This document shows positions 38,065 through 38,154 of a stretch of 38,154 nt of DNA, piece after piece. The DNA is taken from positions 1 to 38,154 of the forward strand of contig JBBRSB010000039.1 in NCBI GenBank assembly GCA_038245785.1, in the 5' to 3' direction. Within the stretch, counting starts at the first letter, position 1. Every line of letters starts with the position of its first letter. A program made the translations under genes and the position numbers. This DNA is from Gloeobacterales cyanobacterium (GTDB lineage Bacteria; Cyanobacteriota; Cyanobacteriia; Gloeobacterales; PMM-0068). The notes below the pieces were generated by a model. That model saw only the letters and a program-made list of their open reading frames with translations, did not search any database and was not told the origin of the DNA.

Positions 38065-38154
38065 CTAATTATCCAATAGAGCTAGGCGGATCCGTGACCA
38101 GACTCTCCGTGGCAAAGATGCACGGGGTGCATCAGTTTGAACTTGCCAGTTCCA
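38065..38154 (-). CDS. Possible 3' end of an upstream gene cut by the window edge
   Basis: Open frame WNWQVQTDAPRASLPRRVWSRIRLALLDN* running to the edge. Not identifiable. Confidence 0.25.
   Translation of the reverse strand, partial: WNWQVQTDAPRASLPRRVWSRIRLALLDN

Noticed and set aside
1..38154. CRISPR arrays, tRNA/rRNA genes, transposases, integrase
   Set aside because: No regularly spaced identical repeats, cloverleaf or rRNA signatures, or transposase/recombinase motifs were seen.

Overview
Cyanobacterial chromosomal window. The assignment rests on a group-2 sigma factor, the rpmI-rplT-SBP-DUF1824 block, Uma2, glnN and NtcA boxes. HIP1 sites look scarce, which hints at a basal Gloeobacterales-like lineage (inference). 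The left 11.7 kb is a defence/accessory island: a Phd-VapC pair, an XRE-HTH remnant, an RHH-MazF pair and a stand-alone AT-rich OLD-type ATPase-TOPRIM nuclease, separated by three degenerate integron attC-like sites. These converge on a DISARM-like SNF2 helicase plus a type IIG-like N6-methyltransferase that lack their usual partners. The middle holds a full Lon protease (unusual in cyanobacteria) divergent from a signal-less HtrA, an unknown His-rich protein, NDH-2, and a nitrogen locus (glnN divergent from ppk2-amt, two perfect NtcA boxes). An AT-rich operon encoding a secreted FecR-domain protein, an outer-membrane beta-barrel and a CHASE2 adenylate cyclase follows, and looks like a trans-envelope cAMP signalling system. 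The right end is mostly housekeeping. All calls come from motif recognition by eye; no database searches were run.
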